Shown: positions 41,088-51,283 of the stretch, piece by piece
Numbering within the stretch: position 1 is the first letter of the stretch
Layout: each line of letters opens with the position of its first letter
Origin: Bacilli bacterium
GTDB taxonomy: Bacteria > Bacillota_I > Bacilli_A > RFN20 > CAG-826
Reading direction: 5' to 3'
Assembly: GCA_036657515.1 (NCBI GenBank)
Contig: JAVXGI010000001.1
Location: 3,821 to 67,820, forward strand
Length of the DNA stretch: 64,000 nt
Program-made: the position numbers and the translations under genes
Notes under the pieces: generated by a model
What the model was told of the DNA's origin: nothing
The model's input: only the letters and a program-made list of their open reading frames with translations
Database searches by the model: none

Positions 41088-43531
41088 TATTCGTCCCCCT
41101 CTTCTTCTAAGCACTCTTCTTCACACTTGATAATAGATTCATCATTTTCTGGATTCATTAATTCTTTAAGAGTGATCACGTTTTCATAATTCTTATAACA
41201 TACGCATTCAAATTCACAATATTTGCATGGTGAAACATTGTCTTCTGTTATAGGTTTAATTTCAAATTTATTATTTGCAATATTAAAAGCAACTTCTTTA
41301 ACTTTTTCAAGAGTTGCATCAATAATTTCTTTGATATTAAAGCCATCCGTTGGTGAAACTATTTCATCATTTGTGATTGATGTTTTATTAATATAAAATG
41401 GTTTTATTTTTTTATCATCTTTTAATTTTGGTGAAAACGAACTCAAATAGTCGACATCTGCAGTGAAAACGCAGCCTTTGAACATATCTTCACCAGTAAT
41501 TAATAATGGATTTCTACATAAATCAAAAGGATTATTCAAAATTTTTTCAAAATATACACCACCTAATTCAATAGCAGAAGTTTTTAAATATTCATTAGTT
41601 AAAATTATATATATTGGAAGTTGCAATGAAAATCCAAACCTAATACGATCAGGCTTGTAATCTTCAATTGTGCCAGTTTTATAATCAACAATACTAGCAA
41701 ACTTTTTATTGTGAAATTCTGAAATCAAAATCGAATCAACTTTACCATTTATAGCAACAAAAAGGTCTTCACCAGCAATATTTTTAACTGTACTGTCGAG
41801 TAAATAATCAAAACTTTCTTCCTTTATATTATTGATAATAAAAGACTCTTTAATGTGTGTATTAATGTTTCTTAATACCGGTTCAAACAATGAAGGAAGA
41901 TTTTTAGTGTAATTTAAATCATTTTCATTATTAGCTTCGAGCAAATTTTTCATTGCATCTTTAGCATTATTTATATCAATAATGAGTTCGTTTTCTTCTA
42001 AAACTTTATGACAGATGTTTCCTATCTTCATCATTGTCTTATCTTGATCAGTAGATAATTTTAAGACATTGTTTAAATAATATTTAAACGGACAAGTAAA
42101 ATATTCGCTAAGTTTTGTATACGATAAAACAATTTCATCCTTAACTAAACGATTGATTCTAGTAAAAACATTACTTTTATACTTACTCTCATAATATGGA
42201 AGCTCTTTAAAATCTAATCTATTTTTAAAATCTTCTAGAATATCTGGGTCACCACCGAATCTTTTAATATAGTCATATCTAATAAAATAGTCGAGATATG
42301 CAGCGTATTTTGAATAATATATAGGTTGAGTATCATTTTCTATTATAACATTTGCATTCATTTCTTTTAATATGGATGAAGGATAAAGTTTGTCAGATAA
42401 GTGCGTATTAGAATACGAAATTGCTTCAATGTTTGTATACAAAATTTCATTAACTAATGAGTGTTTAGCTAATTTATTTTTAGTAATACTACTATTTAAT
42501 TGTATTTTATCTAACTCAGTATCAGTTAAAATATTATCATCACTAAAATATTTTGGAAACTCATTCTCATAAGCGCCAATAATAAAGTTCTGACTGTTTT
42601 TTTCAAATGAAACTTTATTTGAAATCTTAATACCTGATTCGTTTTTATAAGAAGAATATATGTTTGCTTGCGCAATCTCTTGAAGTGAAATACCAATATA
42701 TTTATGAGCTAACAAATCTATATCATTAGGAAAAAATTTCCTCATTAATAAAACAAAAGATTTTATAATTGGCACATCAACTTCTGGAGTAATATCAAAG
42801 TATAACTTTTTATTAGCAAATACATTAGCAATATATTTTATTATTAGTGGATCATTAGCATAAGATAAATCATGTTTAATTGAAAAAATAACTCCAAATA
42901 CTTTGCCATATGTTTCAAGGGAATAACGATACTTTTTAATATCAGGAACTACAACAAAAATATTACTTGGTTCAATTCCTTTTTTAAGTAATCCTTTAAT
43001 AGAATTACAAAGATAAAGTGTTTCATAAAAAATAGTTGAAAAATTATGAACTTTGTCTTCTAATCTTTTTTTAGGAAGAAATTTTCCTATTTCAAGATCT
43101 TTATACTGAATATTATTTATATCTAATAAATGTCTTAATTCAACATCATCTTGATATTCAAATAGGAAAATTTCTTTATTTTTTATGGCTTCTAAAAAAT
43201 ATGGATCAACTTTTATTAAATTGTTTGCAAAAAGTTCTTCTTTTATCTGCAAAAATTCGTTATTTATTTCATGATTATCAGCAGCTAATAATTGAATTAT
43301 TTTAAGTATTTTTTTACTTTCGTTATATGTTTTATCATGCTTATTAATAAGAAAAGCGATTGCTGCATAGTCATAACTAAAAGTATAGGCATTAATAAAA
43401 TCACTTTTAGATAATAACTTAATATTTAAACTAGGATGAGTTTTTTTATACTCTAAAAAAATAGAGTTATATTCTCTTTCTAGGATAATAAAATATTCTT
43501 TTGTTTCATTAAATTCATATTCTTTTATCAT
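41087..43531 (-). CDS. addB: AddB/RexB-type nuclease subunit, short form
   Basis: 814 aa. CPFKYYL, nuclease GKVDSILI...ASIVDYKTG, and the C-terminal Cys cluster CKYCEFECVC (Fe-S type). No Walker A anywhere in the protein. Confidence 0.8.
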   Translation of the reverse strand: MIKEYEFNETKEYFIILEREYNSIFLEYKKTHPSLNIKLLSKSDFINAYTFSYDYAAIAFLINKHDKTYNESKKILKIIQLLAADNHEINNEFLQIKEELFANNLIKVDPYFLEAIKNKEIFLFEYQDDVELRHLLDINNIQYKDLEIGKFLPKKRLEDKVHNFSTIFYETLYLCNSIKGLLKKGIEPSNIFVVVPDIKKYRYSLETYGKVFGVIFSIKHDLSYANDPLIIKYIANVFANKKLYFDITPEVDVPIIKSFVLLMRKFFPNDIDLLAHKYIGISLQEIAQANIYSSYKNESGIKISNKVSFEKNSQNFIIGAYENEFPKYFSDDNILTDTELDKIQLNSSITKNKLAKHSLVNEILYTNIEAISYSNTHLSDKLYPSSILKEMNANVIIENDTQPIYYSKYAAYLDYFIRYDYIKRFGGDPDILEDFKNRLDFKELPYYESKYKSNVFTRINRLVKDEIVLSYTKLSEYFTCPFKYYLNNVLKLSTDQDKTMMKIGNICHKVLEENELIIDINNAKDAMKNLLEANNENDLNYTKNLPSLFEPVLRNINTHIKESFIINNIKEESFDYLLDSTVKNIAGEDLFVAINGKVDSILISEFHNKKFASIVDYKTGTIEDYKPDRIRFGFSLQLPIYIILTNEYLKTSAIELGGVYFEKILNNPFDLCRNPLLITGEDMFKGCVFTADVDYLSSFSPKLKDDKKIKPFYINKTSITNDEIVSPTDGFNIKEIIDATLEKVKEVAFNIANNKFEIKPITEDNVSPCKYCEFECVCYKNYENVITLKELMNPENDESIIKCEEECLEEEGDE

Positions 43532-45003
43532 TTAAATTTTTGAGCAGTATGAACTGCTAACTTCCATTTAGAATATAATGCTTTAATTGTATCTTTATCC
43601 ATTGAAGGCGAAAAACTGCATTTAGTTTGATGAATGTTTTTAATATAATCTAGGTCAGCAAAATATCCAGTAAATAATCCTGACATATAAGCAACACCAA
43701 GTGCGGTAATCTCAACATATTTAGGTAATAGAATTGTAAGTGAACAAATATCACTTTGAAATTGCATTAAATAATTGTTGTTAGCAGCGCCTCCATCAAC
43801 ATGAAGTTCTTTTGGAGTAGTATGCGTCTCTTTTTTAAAGACTTCTAAAACATCTTTTGTTTGATAAGCAATAGATTCAAGAGCAGCACGTGCAATATGA
43901 TTTTTATTACTACTTCTTGTTAAACCAAAAATAGTTCCTCTTACATCATCATCCCAATAAGGAGTTCCTAATCCAACAAATGCAGGTACAAAATATACTC
44001 CTCTTGTTGACTTAACTTCACGAGCACAAGTTTCACTTTCAGCCGCTTCACTAATTATATTAAGATTATCTCTCAGCCACTGTATAACAGCGCCTCCAAT
44101 AAAAATAGATCCTTCAAGAGCATATTGTATCTCACCATTTCTTTTCCAGGCAACAGTCGTAATTAATCCATATTTACTATATACAATATCACTTCCCGTA
44201 TTTGCTAATAAGAAGCATCCGGTACCGTAAGTTGTTTTAAAATCACCTTTTTTAAAACAAGTTTGACCAAAAAGCGAAGCTTGTTGGTCGCCCATCATAG
44301 CGGTAATTGGCACATCAACTTTAAAAAAGTCAGCTTTACCAAATAGCGAAGATGATTCTCTTACTTCTGGTAACATTTCTTCTTTTATATGAAATAGTTC
44401 TAACAACTCTTCATCGTATTTTTGTTCTTTAATGTTGTAAAGCATCGTACGAGAAGCATTTGAAACATCCGTTAAAAATGATTTTCCATTAGTTAATTTA
44501 TATAGAATCCAAGAATCAATTGTCGCAAATCCAAGTTTTCCTTCCGCAGCTAATTGTTTGGCTACTGGAACATTTTCTAAAATAAATAACATCTTAGAAG
44601 CACTAAAATATGGATTTATTAATAAACCTGTTTTTTGATGAATAAGTTCTTTTTTATCTTCGTATCTATCGCATATTTCATCAGATTGACGAGATTGCCA
44701 AATAATGGCATTATAAATTGGAAGTCCGGTTATTTTATTAAAAGGAACGATTGTTTCACGTTGATTAGTTATACCAATAGATTCTACTCTATCAAAAGTA
44801 ATATCTGCTTTAATAAGCAATTCATTTATACATTCAACAACACTTATCCAAATACTAAGAGCGTTAGATTCAACCCATCCATTATGGGGATAAGATAATT
44901 GAATTTCTCTTTGAGCTTTTTCAATAAGCGTACCAAATTGGTCAAATAATACCGCACGAGTTGATGTTGTACCTTGATCAATTGCTAAAACAAACTTTCT
45001 CAT
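43528..45003 (-). CDS. glpK: glycerol kinase
   Basis: LAIDQGTTSTRAVLFD, ITNQRET, GDQQASLFGQ, VDGGAANNNYLMQFQSD. Confidence 0.96.
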   Translation of the reverse strand: MRKFVLAIDQGTTSTRAVLFDQFGTLIEKAQREIQLSYPHNGWVESNALSIWISVVECINELLIKADITFDRVESIGITNQRETIVPFNKITGLPIYNAIIWQSRQSDEICDRYEDKKELIHQKTGLLINPYFSASKMLFILENVPVAKQLAAEGKLGFATIDSWILYKLTNGKSFLTDVSNASRTMLYNIKEQKYDEELLELFHIKEEMLPEVRESSSLFGKADFFKVDVPITAMMGDQQASLFGQTCFKKGDFKTTYGTGCFLLANTGSDIVYSKYGLITTVAWKRNGEIQYALEGSIFIGGAVIQWLRDNLNIISEAAESETCAREVKSTRGVYFVPAFVGLGTPYWDDDVRGTIFGLTRSSNKNHIARAALESIAYQTKDVLEVFKKETHTTPKELHVDGGAANNNYLMQFQSDICSLTILLPKYVEITALGVAYMSGLFTGYFADLDYIKNIHQTKCSFSPSMDKDTIKALYSKWKLAVHTAQKFK

Positions 45004-45746
45004 AATAAGTTCTCCTCTAAATAATGGGCAGGCCCATCTTCTTCATTACTTAAACAATGTATTTTAATAGCACTTAATGCTTCTTTTTGTCCATTCGATA
45101 CAACAACACCAGTTCCTGCTTCACGCATCATTGAAATATCACCATAATCATCACCAAAAGCCATTGTATCAACAAGACAATAACCAGCTATTTTACATAA
45201 TTCGATCATCCCATTAGCTTTACTAACGTTTTTAGCATTTACTCTGCCCCATTTATGTCCATAATAGGAAGTAAATGATAAATTTAACTTCTCAGTAACT
45301 GCAATTATGTCCTCGTAATTTTTAATCTCACAAACAATTTTATATGTTGCTTGATTAACTTTATTACTGATATCAAAAAACACTGTATATTCATCCACTC
45401 TTTCTTTTGAAACAGTTTCTGTTCCATAAACTGTTTCAAAAGAAAATGCTGATTTAGTTTCTCGTAAATAATCAATAAATTTATTAGTAGTAAAAATATC
45501 CATCATATCAGAAAACAAAAGTTCTTGTTTTGAATTAATAATAAGCGAACCACCATCAGCAATTAAATAATCAAACTTAATATTACCTGATCCAATTAAT
45601 GCTGAACTTAATCCACGAGCGGTATTAATTACTATTTTATGTCCTTTTTCTTGAAGTTGTTTAATAACACTATAAGTATAATCACTAATAGAGGAGTCAT
45701 TTCTTAGTAATGTATCATCTAAATCAAAAAATATTAATTTGTTCAT
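45000..45746 (-). CDS. Cof-type HAD phosphatase
   Basis: Start moved to the ATG at 45746 (MNKLIFFDLDDTLL, HAD motif I). TARG (motif II). FGDDYGDISM (motif IV). No SD is present, and a TATAAT lies 7 nt upstream. Confidence 0.8.
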   Translation of the reverse strand: MNKLIFFDLDDTLLRNDSSISDYTYSVIKQLQEKGHKIVINTARGLSSALIGSGNIKFDYLIADGGSLIINSKQELLFSDMMDIFTTNKFIDYLRETKSAFSFETVYGTETVSKERVDEYTVFFDISNKVNQATYKIVCEIKNYEDIIAVTEKLNLSFTSYYGHKWGRVNAKNVSKANGMIELCKIAGYCLVDTMAFGDDYGDISMMREAGTGVVVSNGQKEALSAIKIHCLSNEEDGPAHYLEENLL

Positions 45747-45817
45747 ATTATTAATATTATATAGCAAACTTCCGTTTTAATAAACCTAATAGATGTCATT
45801 GTTACGTATTTTTTGAT

Positions 45818-45859
45818 TTAAAATAAAAACCTTTCCTAATCTTTCATTAGGAAAGGTTT
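45818..45859 (-). terminator. terminator after the tRNA pair
   Basis: 14 bp perfect arms aaacctttcctaat / attaggaaaggttt with a 5 nt loop. The minus strand continues TTTTTATTTT. Confidence 0.8.
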
Positions 45860-45871
45860 ATCGTCTTATTA

Positions 45872-45948
45872 TGGTGCTTCCTATAGGAATTGAACCTACA
45901 ACCTACTGATTACGATTCAGTTGCTCTACCAGATTGAGCTAAAGAAGC
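45872..45948 (-). tRNA. tRNA-Thr (anticodon CGT)
   Basis: Hand-folded: GCTTCTTTAGCTCAATCTGGTAGAGCAACTGAATCGTAATCAGTAGGTTGTAGGTTCAATTCCTATAGGAAGCACCA. The anticodon loop is AT-CGT-AA. It has a T-loop GGTTCAATTCC and an encoded CCA. Confidence 0.88.
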
Positions 45949-45978
45949 ATGAATTTACTATAAAATAAGATAAAAATT

Positions 45979-46065
45979 TGGTGCTCCCGGTCGGAGTCGA
46001 ACCGACATGAACTTACATTCGGCAGATTTTGAGTCTACTGCGTCTACCAATTCCGCCACGGGAGC
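45979..46065 (-). tRNA. tRNA-Leu (anticodon CAA)
   Basis: Hand-folded: GCTCCCGTGGCGGAATTGGTAGACGCAGTAGACTCAAAATCTGCCGAATGTAAGTTCATGTCGGTTCGACTCCGACCGGGAGCACCA. It has a long variable arm, the anticodon loop CT-CAA-AA and an encoded CCA. Confidence 0.88.
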
Positions 46066-46116
46066 AAAAGTGAGATTTTATATTTAGAACCATGCAATTT
46101 TAAATTGCATGAGGTT

Positions 46117-46153
46117 TAAAATGGAAATTTAGGTAATCTCTAACCTAAATTTC
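46117..46153 (-). terminator. hairpin downstream of the glycosyltransferase gene
   Basis: 11 bp arms gaaatttaggt / acctaaatttc with an 8 nt loop. The minus strand continues CATTTTAAA (weak T-run). A second palindrome, catgcaattt-t-aaattgcatg, lies at 46091-46111. Confidence 0.5.
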
Positions 46154-46212
46154 ATTTTAAATAGCCTTATTATTATATATAAATAATGTTATATATTCAA
46201 AAGATAAATGAA

Positions 46213-47181
46213 CTAATCTTCAAGATCTTCTTCAATAAAATAATGAGGACGTTTTTTAACTTCTAAATAAGTTTTGCCAATATAATTGCCTAATACTCCA
46301 AGTCCAACAAAAACAAAACCTATTACTAAGGTTGCAATAAATAATCCTAACAAAATATTTTGAGCTAATCCATAAATAGCAATGGTTGTTAAACAGATAA
46401 CTAAAATAATAGATGTTAAAATAAAGAGCCATCCAAATGTTGTAAGTAAACTAAGTGGTCTTGTACTAAATGAAGTGATGCCTTCATTTGCAAGAGCAAA
46501 CATTTTACGAATTCCATATTTAGATTCACCAGCCAGACGTTCATTTCTTGAATATGTTACAGTCGTAGATTTAAAACCAATTAAGGGAACTATTCCTCTT
46601 AAAAATAAATTTACTTCAGAGAATTGTTCTAAAGCTTCAATGGCACGTTTTGACATTAAACGGCAATCAGCGCTATTATAGACTAAATCAACACCCATAA
46701 TTTTCATGACTTTATAATATGCTTGTGCAGTAAAACGTTTAAGAAAAGAATCTTTTTTGCGTGATCCTCTGACTCCATAAACGACTTCAAAGCCTTCATT
46801 ATATTTATCAATCATCATTTCAATACAGTTTGGATCATCTTGTAGATCGGCATCAATAGATATTGTTGTATCAGCATTATGAGTAACTGCAGTTAAAAGT
46901 CCAGCAAGAACGGCGTTTTGATGCCCTTTATTGCGAGACAAAGAAATACCTGTAAAAAGATTATTTTCTTCATGAAGCGAAGAAATTATATTCCAAGTTT
47001 TATCTTTTGATCCATCATTAACAAACAATATTTTTGATTTTGGTGAAATTTTCTTTTTATCAATTAAGGAAGACAAAATATCTTTTAAAATATTAGAAGT
47101 AGTGAGCAAAACTTCTTCTTCGTTAAAAGATGGTATAACAAGATAAAGAATGTTATCCTCTTTAAAATTCAATTTTTTCAT
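46213..47181 (-). CDS. family 2 glycosyltransferase (GtrB/CsbB-like polyprenyl-phosphate sugar transferase)
   Basis: VIPSFNEEEVL, FVNDGSKDKT, SRNKGHQNA and IDADLQDDP, plus two C-terminal TM helices. Confidence 0.85.
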   Translation of the reverse strand: MKKLNFKEDNILYLVIPSFNEEEVLLTTSNILKDILSSLIDKKKISPKSKILFVNDGSKDKTWNIISSLHEENNLFTGISLSRNKGHQNAVLAGLLTAVTHNADTTISIDADLQDDPNCIEMMIDKYNEGFEVVYGVRGSRKKDSFLKRFTAQAYYKVMKIMGVDLVYNSADCRLMSKRAIEALEQFSEVNLFLRGIVPLIGFKSTTVTYSRNERLAGESKYGIRKMFALANEGITSFSTRPLSLLTTFGWLFILTSIILVICLTTIAIYGLAQNILLGLFIATLVIGFVFVGLGVLGNYIGKTYLEVKKRPHYFIEEDLED

Positions 47182-47234
47182 AATATATTTGCTCCTCCTA
47201 CTTTATATATTAAAATAATAAACTATTTTCTTCC

Positions 47235-48701
47235 TTATCTGTTAGAAGAAGTTATTAAATTGCGTAAATAATTACTAAGTTCAACAAATTTATCAAAATT
47301 AACAAGTTTCCATTCCCAATCAGGTGAGCCAATTGTAGATGGAGTATTCATTCTTGCTTTATTATCTAAAGATAAAATATCTTGAAGTGGAATAATAGCA
47401 TAATTAGCTTTATTAATAAATGCTAATTTAATAAAAGCCTGAGCAGGATCTTTATCATAAATTCCTAAAGAAGATAATTTATTAAACAATCTATTTTTTT
47501 GGTCAATTGATAAACTTTCAACCCAACCAACGATAGTCTCGTTGTCATGCGTTCCTGTATAAACTAATTGATTTTCACGATCTTTTAGCCCATATTCTGC
47601 TTTATCAATATCAAAAGTAAATTGTAAGATATTCATTCCTGGTAAGTTATAATGATCGCGTAATACTAATACGCTGTCAAATAAATCACCTAAATCTTCA
47701 GCTACAATATCTATTTCTGGAAATACAGAATATAATTTATCAAAAAGTTTGTATCCTGGAGCATTAACCCATTCTCCTTCAATTGCAGTTTCACAAGTTG
47801 ATGGCACCTTCCAATATGTATCAAATGCTCTAAAATGATCAATACGTAAAATATCAAAAACATTTATATTAAAGCCAATTCTATCAATCCAAAATTTAAA
47901 TCCGTCTTTTTCAAGATTTTCCCAATTATATATCGGATTTCCCCATCTTTGACCAGTTTTTGAAAAATAATCAGGTGGTACTCCAGCAATAAAACTGGCA
48001 TTGCCAACTTCATCAAGCAAGAAATAATTTTGGTTTTCCCAAACATCAATTGAATCAATTCCGACATAAAATGGAATATCTCCCATTAATTGGATGTCAT
48101 TTTCTTTGGCATATTGATGAATTTTATTCCATTGAGAAAATGCTATAAATTGTATCCACATTTCATAACGAATTTGTTCTTCATATCCGGAAACATTCTT
48201 TTCTTGTGAAGTAATCCAAAATTTATGTTCAGGAATCCACTCTGTCCACATTTTTTTATTGTTAGTCTTTTTAAAAGTAATAAAAACTGCATAATTATAA
48301 ACCCAGGCATTATCCTTAATCCATTGATCAAATTCTTCAAATTCGTTCAATTTATTAAATGCTTCAAAAGCGAGTTTTAAAAATTGCCCTTTATATTCAC
48401 GAACTGCTTCATAATCTACTACATCTTTTGTCATATTAAAAGGAGCGGGAGTACTTAAAAGTAAGCCTTCTTCTGTTAATTTTTCAAGAGAAATATAAAG
48501 TTCGTCAATAGCTTTAGAAGAATAGGGTTGATATGGCGAATTGCCAAATCCTAAAGGATTTAATGGCAATATTTGCCAAATTTTAAAACCGGTGTTTTTC
48601 AATATATCTATAAATTTATAAGCACTATCTCCAAAATCTCCCATCCCATAATTTGATGGTAATGAAGAAACCGCTAATAAAATACCTGCGCAACGTTTCA
48701 T
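47235..48701 (-). CDS. malQ: 4-alpha-glucanotransferase (amylomaltase, GH77)
   Basis: Start moved to the ATG at 48701 (MKRCAGILL) behind AAGGAGAA. Contains LRIDHFRAF, VAEDLG and YTGTHDNET. Confidence 0.92.
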   Translation of the reverse strand: MKRCAGILLAVSSLPSNYGMGDFGDSAYKFIDILKNTGFKIWQILPLNPLGFGNSPYQPYSSKAIDELYISLEKLTEEGLLLSTPAPFNMTKDVVDYEAVREYKGQFLKLAFEAFNKLNEFEEFDQWIKDNAWVYNYAVFITFKKTNNKKMWTEWIPEHKFWITSQEKNVSGYEEQIRYEMWIQFIAFSQWNKIHQYAKENDIQLMGDIPFYVGIDSIDVWENQNYFLLDEVGNASFIAGVPPDYFSKTGQRWGNPIYNWENLEKDGFKFWIDRIGFNINVFDILRIDHFRAFDTYWKVPSTCETAIEGEWVNAPGYKLFDKLYSVFPEIDIVAEDLGDLFDSVLVLRDHYNLPGMNILQFTFDIDKAEYGLKDRENQLVYTGTHDNETIVGWVESLSIDQKNRLFNKLSSLGIYDKDPAQAFIKLAFINKANYAIIPLQDILSLDNKARMNTPSTIGSPDWEWKLVNFDKFVELSNYLRNLITSSNR

Positions 48702-48711
48702 AAATTTCTCC

Positions 48712-50394
48712 TTATTGTAAAATAACCGTACTATAGGCTCCAATTGATAGTAAATCAGATACTAAAGTTGGACCTTTTTTTGTTGTATTAATTGAATCTA
48801 CTATTTTTGTAGCGATATCTTTCACATTAATAACTGTGTCATTACTTGAAGTATTTGTCGCAATAATTATAGATTGTGAATCGCTTCCAGTCAACTTATA
48901 AAGTGCGACATTATTTTCATAAGTAAGCAGTTTAGAGGTTAGATTGGTAATCTGCGATTTAGCAATAAAAGAATATTTGTTACGAATATTAATTGCTTTT
49001 TTAACATGATTTAATAAGCTGTCATTAATATTTTCTAAATCATCCACTCCAAGTTTAACTTGATCGTATTTAATGTTTGAAATACTTTTATCTGGAATTT
49101 TTGTTTCTCCAGTTTTGTCTTTTTCACTCCAAATCATTGGTAAACGTCTCATAGCGTCCGTTTGTTCGCTTCCACGTTTTCCTTTAAGTCCAATTTCGTC
49201 TCCATAATAAAGCCAGGTATCGCCAGGCATTAATTCTAATAAACTAAATGATAATTTGGCTTTATCTCCGGTTAAACTTGAACGATCCATGTCGTGATTA
49301 TCGATGAAATAAGATGCATAACCAGTTGCTGAATTTTTACGAATTGATGCCTCATAATCTACAATTTGCGATAAAAATTTATCTGGTTTGCTATATCCTC
49401 CAGCAACATTCATGAAACCCGTTTCCACCGTTCCATCGCGAGAAAATGGGAAAGCAAAGAATGAATCACATTTTGAAGTATAATAGCTCACTAAGGAACT
49501 TGCACTTATAATCCAAGCCTCACCAACAAGTTCGATTTTATTATTAATTGAGTTAACTGTATCTTTAAGCCATCCTAAAAAGCTTTTATTTAGACCTTCA
49601 TTTTCGCCATAATAATGTGGTACAGCATCAAGGCGAAATCCACTTATGCCTTTTTCAATCCAAAATTTAACTATATTTTTTATTTCTTCTCTTACAGCTG
49701 GTGAATCTAGATTAAAATCTGGCATATTTGGTGAAAAAACTGATTCATAATAATAATCACCTTTTTTATTCCATCCTGTGCCACCACTAGTTCCCCAATG
49801 ATACCAATCTTTTTTACTGGTTGGTGAAGTATTGTCTTCAACTAAGTCTCTATACGAATCTTTGAAATATTGATTTTCACTACTAGAATGATTTATTACT
49901 AAATCTAAATAAATACCAATATTTAATTTGTTTGCTTCAGCAATAAGCAATGAAAAATCAGCTAATGTTCCATAATCACTTTCAATATCAAAATAATCAG
50001 TAATATCATATCCATGATATGAATTACTTGGATTAATTGGCATTAACCATATATTTTTAATACCTAAAGAAGCTAAATATGGAAGTTTAGCAATAACTCC
50101 ACGTAAATCTCCTGTTCCATCTCCATTACTATCATAAAACGTTCTAACGAATAGTTCGTAGTTAGCTGAAGATTTTGAATTATCAACTGTATCATCTATT
50201 TTATATGAAAAATTGTTAGATTCATCTAACAAATTAAGTGAGCTTAAATAAGGATTATTATTAGTAGTAGTCGTCGTACAACCAAACAAGTCATCGCATG
50301 ATGTCTTGTCGGATGTGTCACCACATCCGACAAGACTAGAAATCGTAGATAAACATAGTGTTGTCATTAAAATACCTATTTTTCTTATTTTCAT
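48712..50394 (-). CDS. GH13 alpha-amylase family lipoprotein
   Basis: Start moved to the ATG at 50394 (MKIRKIGILMTTLCLSTISSLVGC-G lipobox). GH13 regions DLVINHSS, GFRLDAVPH, LVGEAW and FIDNHD. Confidence 0.88.
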   Translation of the reverse strand: MKIRKIGILMTTLCLSTISSLVGCGDTSDKTSCDDLFGCTTTTTNNNPYLSSLNLLDESNNFSYKIDDTVDNSKSSANYELFVRTFYDSNGDGTGDLRGVIAKLPYLASLGIKNIWLMPINPSNSYHGYDITDYFDIESDYGTLADFSLLIAEANKLNIGIYLDLVINHSSSENQYFKDSYRDLVEDNTSPTSKKDWYHWGTSGGTGWNKKGDYYYESVFSPNMPDFNLDSPAVREEIKNIVKFWIEKGISGFRLDAVPHYYGENEGLNKSFLGWLKDTVNSINNKIELVGEAWIISASSLVSYYTSKCDSFFAFPFSRDGTVETGFMNVAGGYSKPDKFLSQIVDYEASIRKNSATGYASYFIDNHDMDRSSLTGDKAKLSFSLLELMPGDTWLYYGDEIGLKGKRGSEQTDAMRRLPMIWSEKDKTGETKIPDKSISNIKYDQVKLGVDDLENINDSLLNHVKKAINIRNKYSFIAKSQITNLTSKLLTYENNVALYKLTGSDSQSIIIATNTSSNDTVINVKDIATKIVDSINTTKKGPTLVSDLLSIGAYSTVILQ

Positions 50395-50395
50395 A

Positions 50396-51283
50396 TTATC
50401 CTTTAACAGCTCCACCCGTTACTCCTGCTACATAATATTTTTGCATGAACATAAATAATAATGTGATTGGAATAGCAACGCATATTGCGCCCGAAGTAAA
50501 CGATGAATAATACGTCATAACATAATCTTGCGTCTTTAGCATTTGATAAAGACCCATTGCAACTGTCCAACTTTGTATATTTTGAGCACCAACGATATAA
50601 GATGAAGTAATATATTCACCCCATGGACCCATAAATGTAGTTAAAATTGTATAAATAATAATCGGCTTTGAAAGTGGAAGTGTAATATTCCAGAATATTT
50701 GAGCTTTCGTAGCACCATCAATCATTGCAGCTTCATCGATTGATTGAGAAATAGTATCAAAGAATCCTTTCGACATGAAGAATCCCATACCAGATCCAGC
50801 ACTATATATAATAATAAGTGCCCAAATTGTGCCAGATAAATGGAATATTTCTTTCATTATCCAGTACATAATAATCATCGATAGGAATCCTGGGAACATA
50901 CCTAAAACTAAATTTAGTTTCATGATTAGTGAACGTCCCTTAAAACGGAATCTAGAAAGAGCATAAGCCGTTGCAAGTACAAAGAAGGTTGAAACAATCG
51001 TTGTTATTATCGAAACAATAAGTGTATTGCCAAACCAAAGAACAAATTTTCCATCAAGTGCATGAACGGTTGCTGTAGCATTTTCTTTAAGTCCGAAGAG
51101 GAATAAATAGTTATCAAATGTATATTCGGTTGGAATAAGCTGTGATCTAGCACCAATTCCACCAGCGGCAAAACTTTGAAGAACTAACCATATAATAGGA
51201 AGTAACCAAATTGCACATAAAACAATCAAAATGATATAAACAATTGTGTTGCCAAGAATTTTTCTAGCTTTCATTGATTTCAT
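50396..51283 (-). CDS. malG: maltodextrin ABC transporter permease (MalG type)
   Basis: 6 TM helices. EAA loop IDEAAMIDGATKAQIFWNITLP. Confidence 0.88.
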   Translation of the reverse strand: MKSMKARKILGNTIVYIILIVLCAIWLLPIIWLVLQSFAAGGIGARSQLIPTEYTFDNYLFLFGLKENATATVHALDGKFVLWFGNTLIVSIITTIVSTFFVLATAYALSRFRFKGRSLIMKLNLVLGMFPGFLSMIIMYWIMKEIFHLSGTIWALIIIYSAGSGMGFFMSKGFFDTISQSIDEAAMIDGATKAQIFWNITLPLSKPIIIYTILTTFMGPWGEYITSSYIVGAQNIQSWTVAMGLYQMLKTQDYVMTYYSSFTSGAICVAIPITLLFMFMQKYYVAGVTGGAVKG

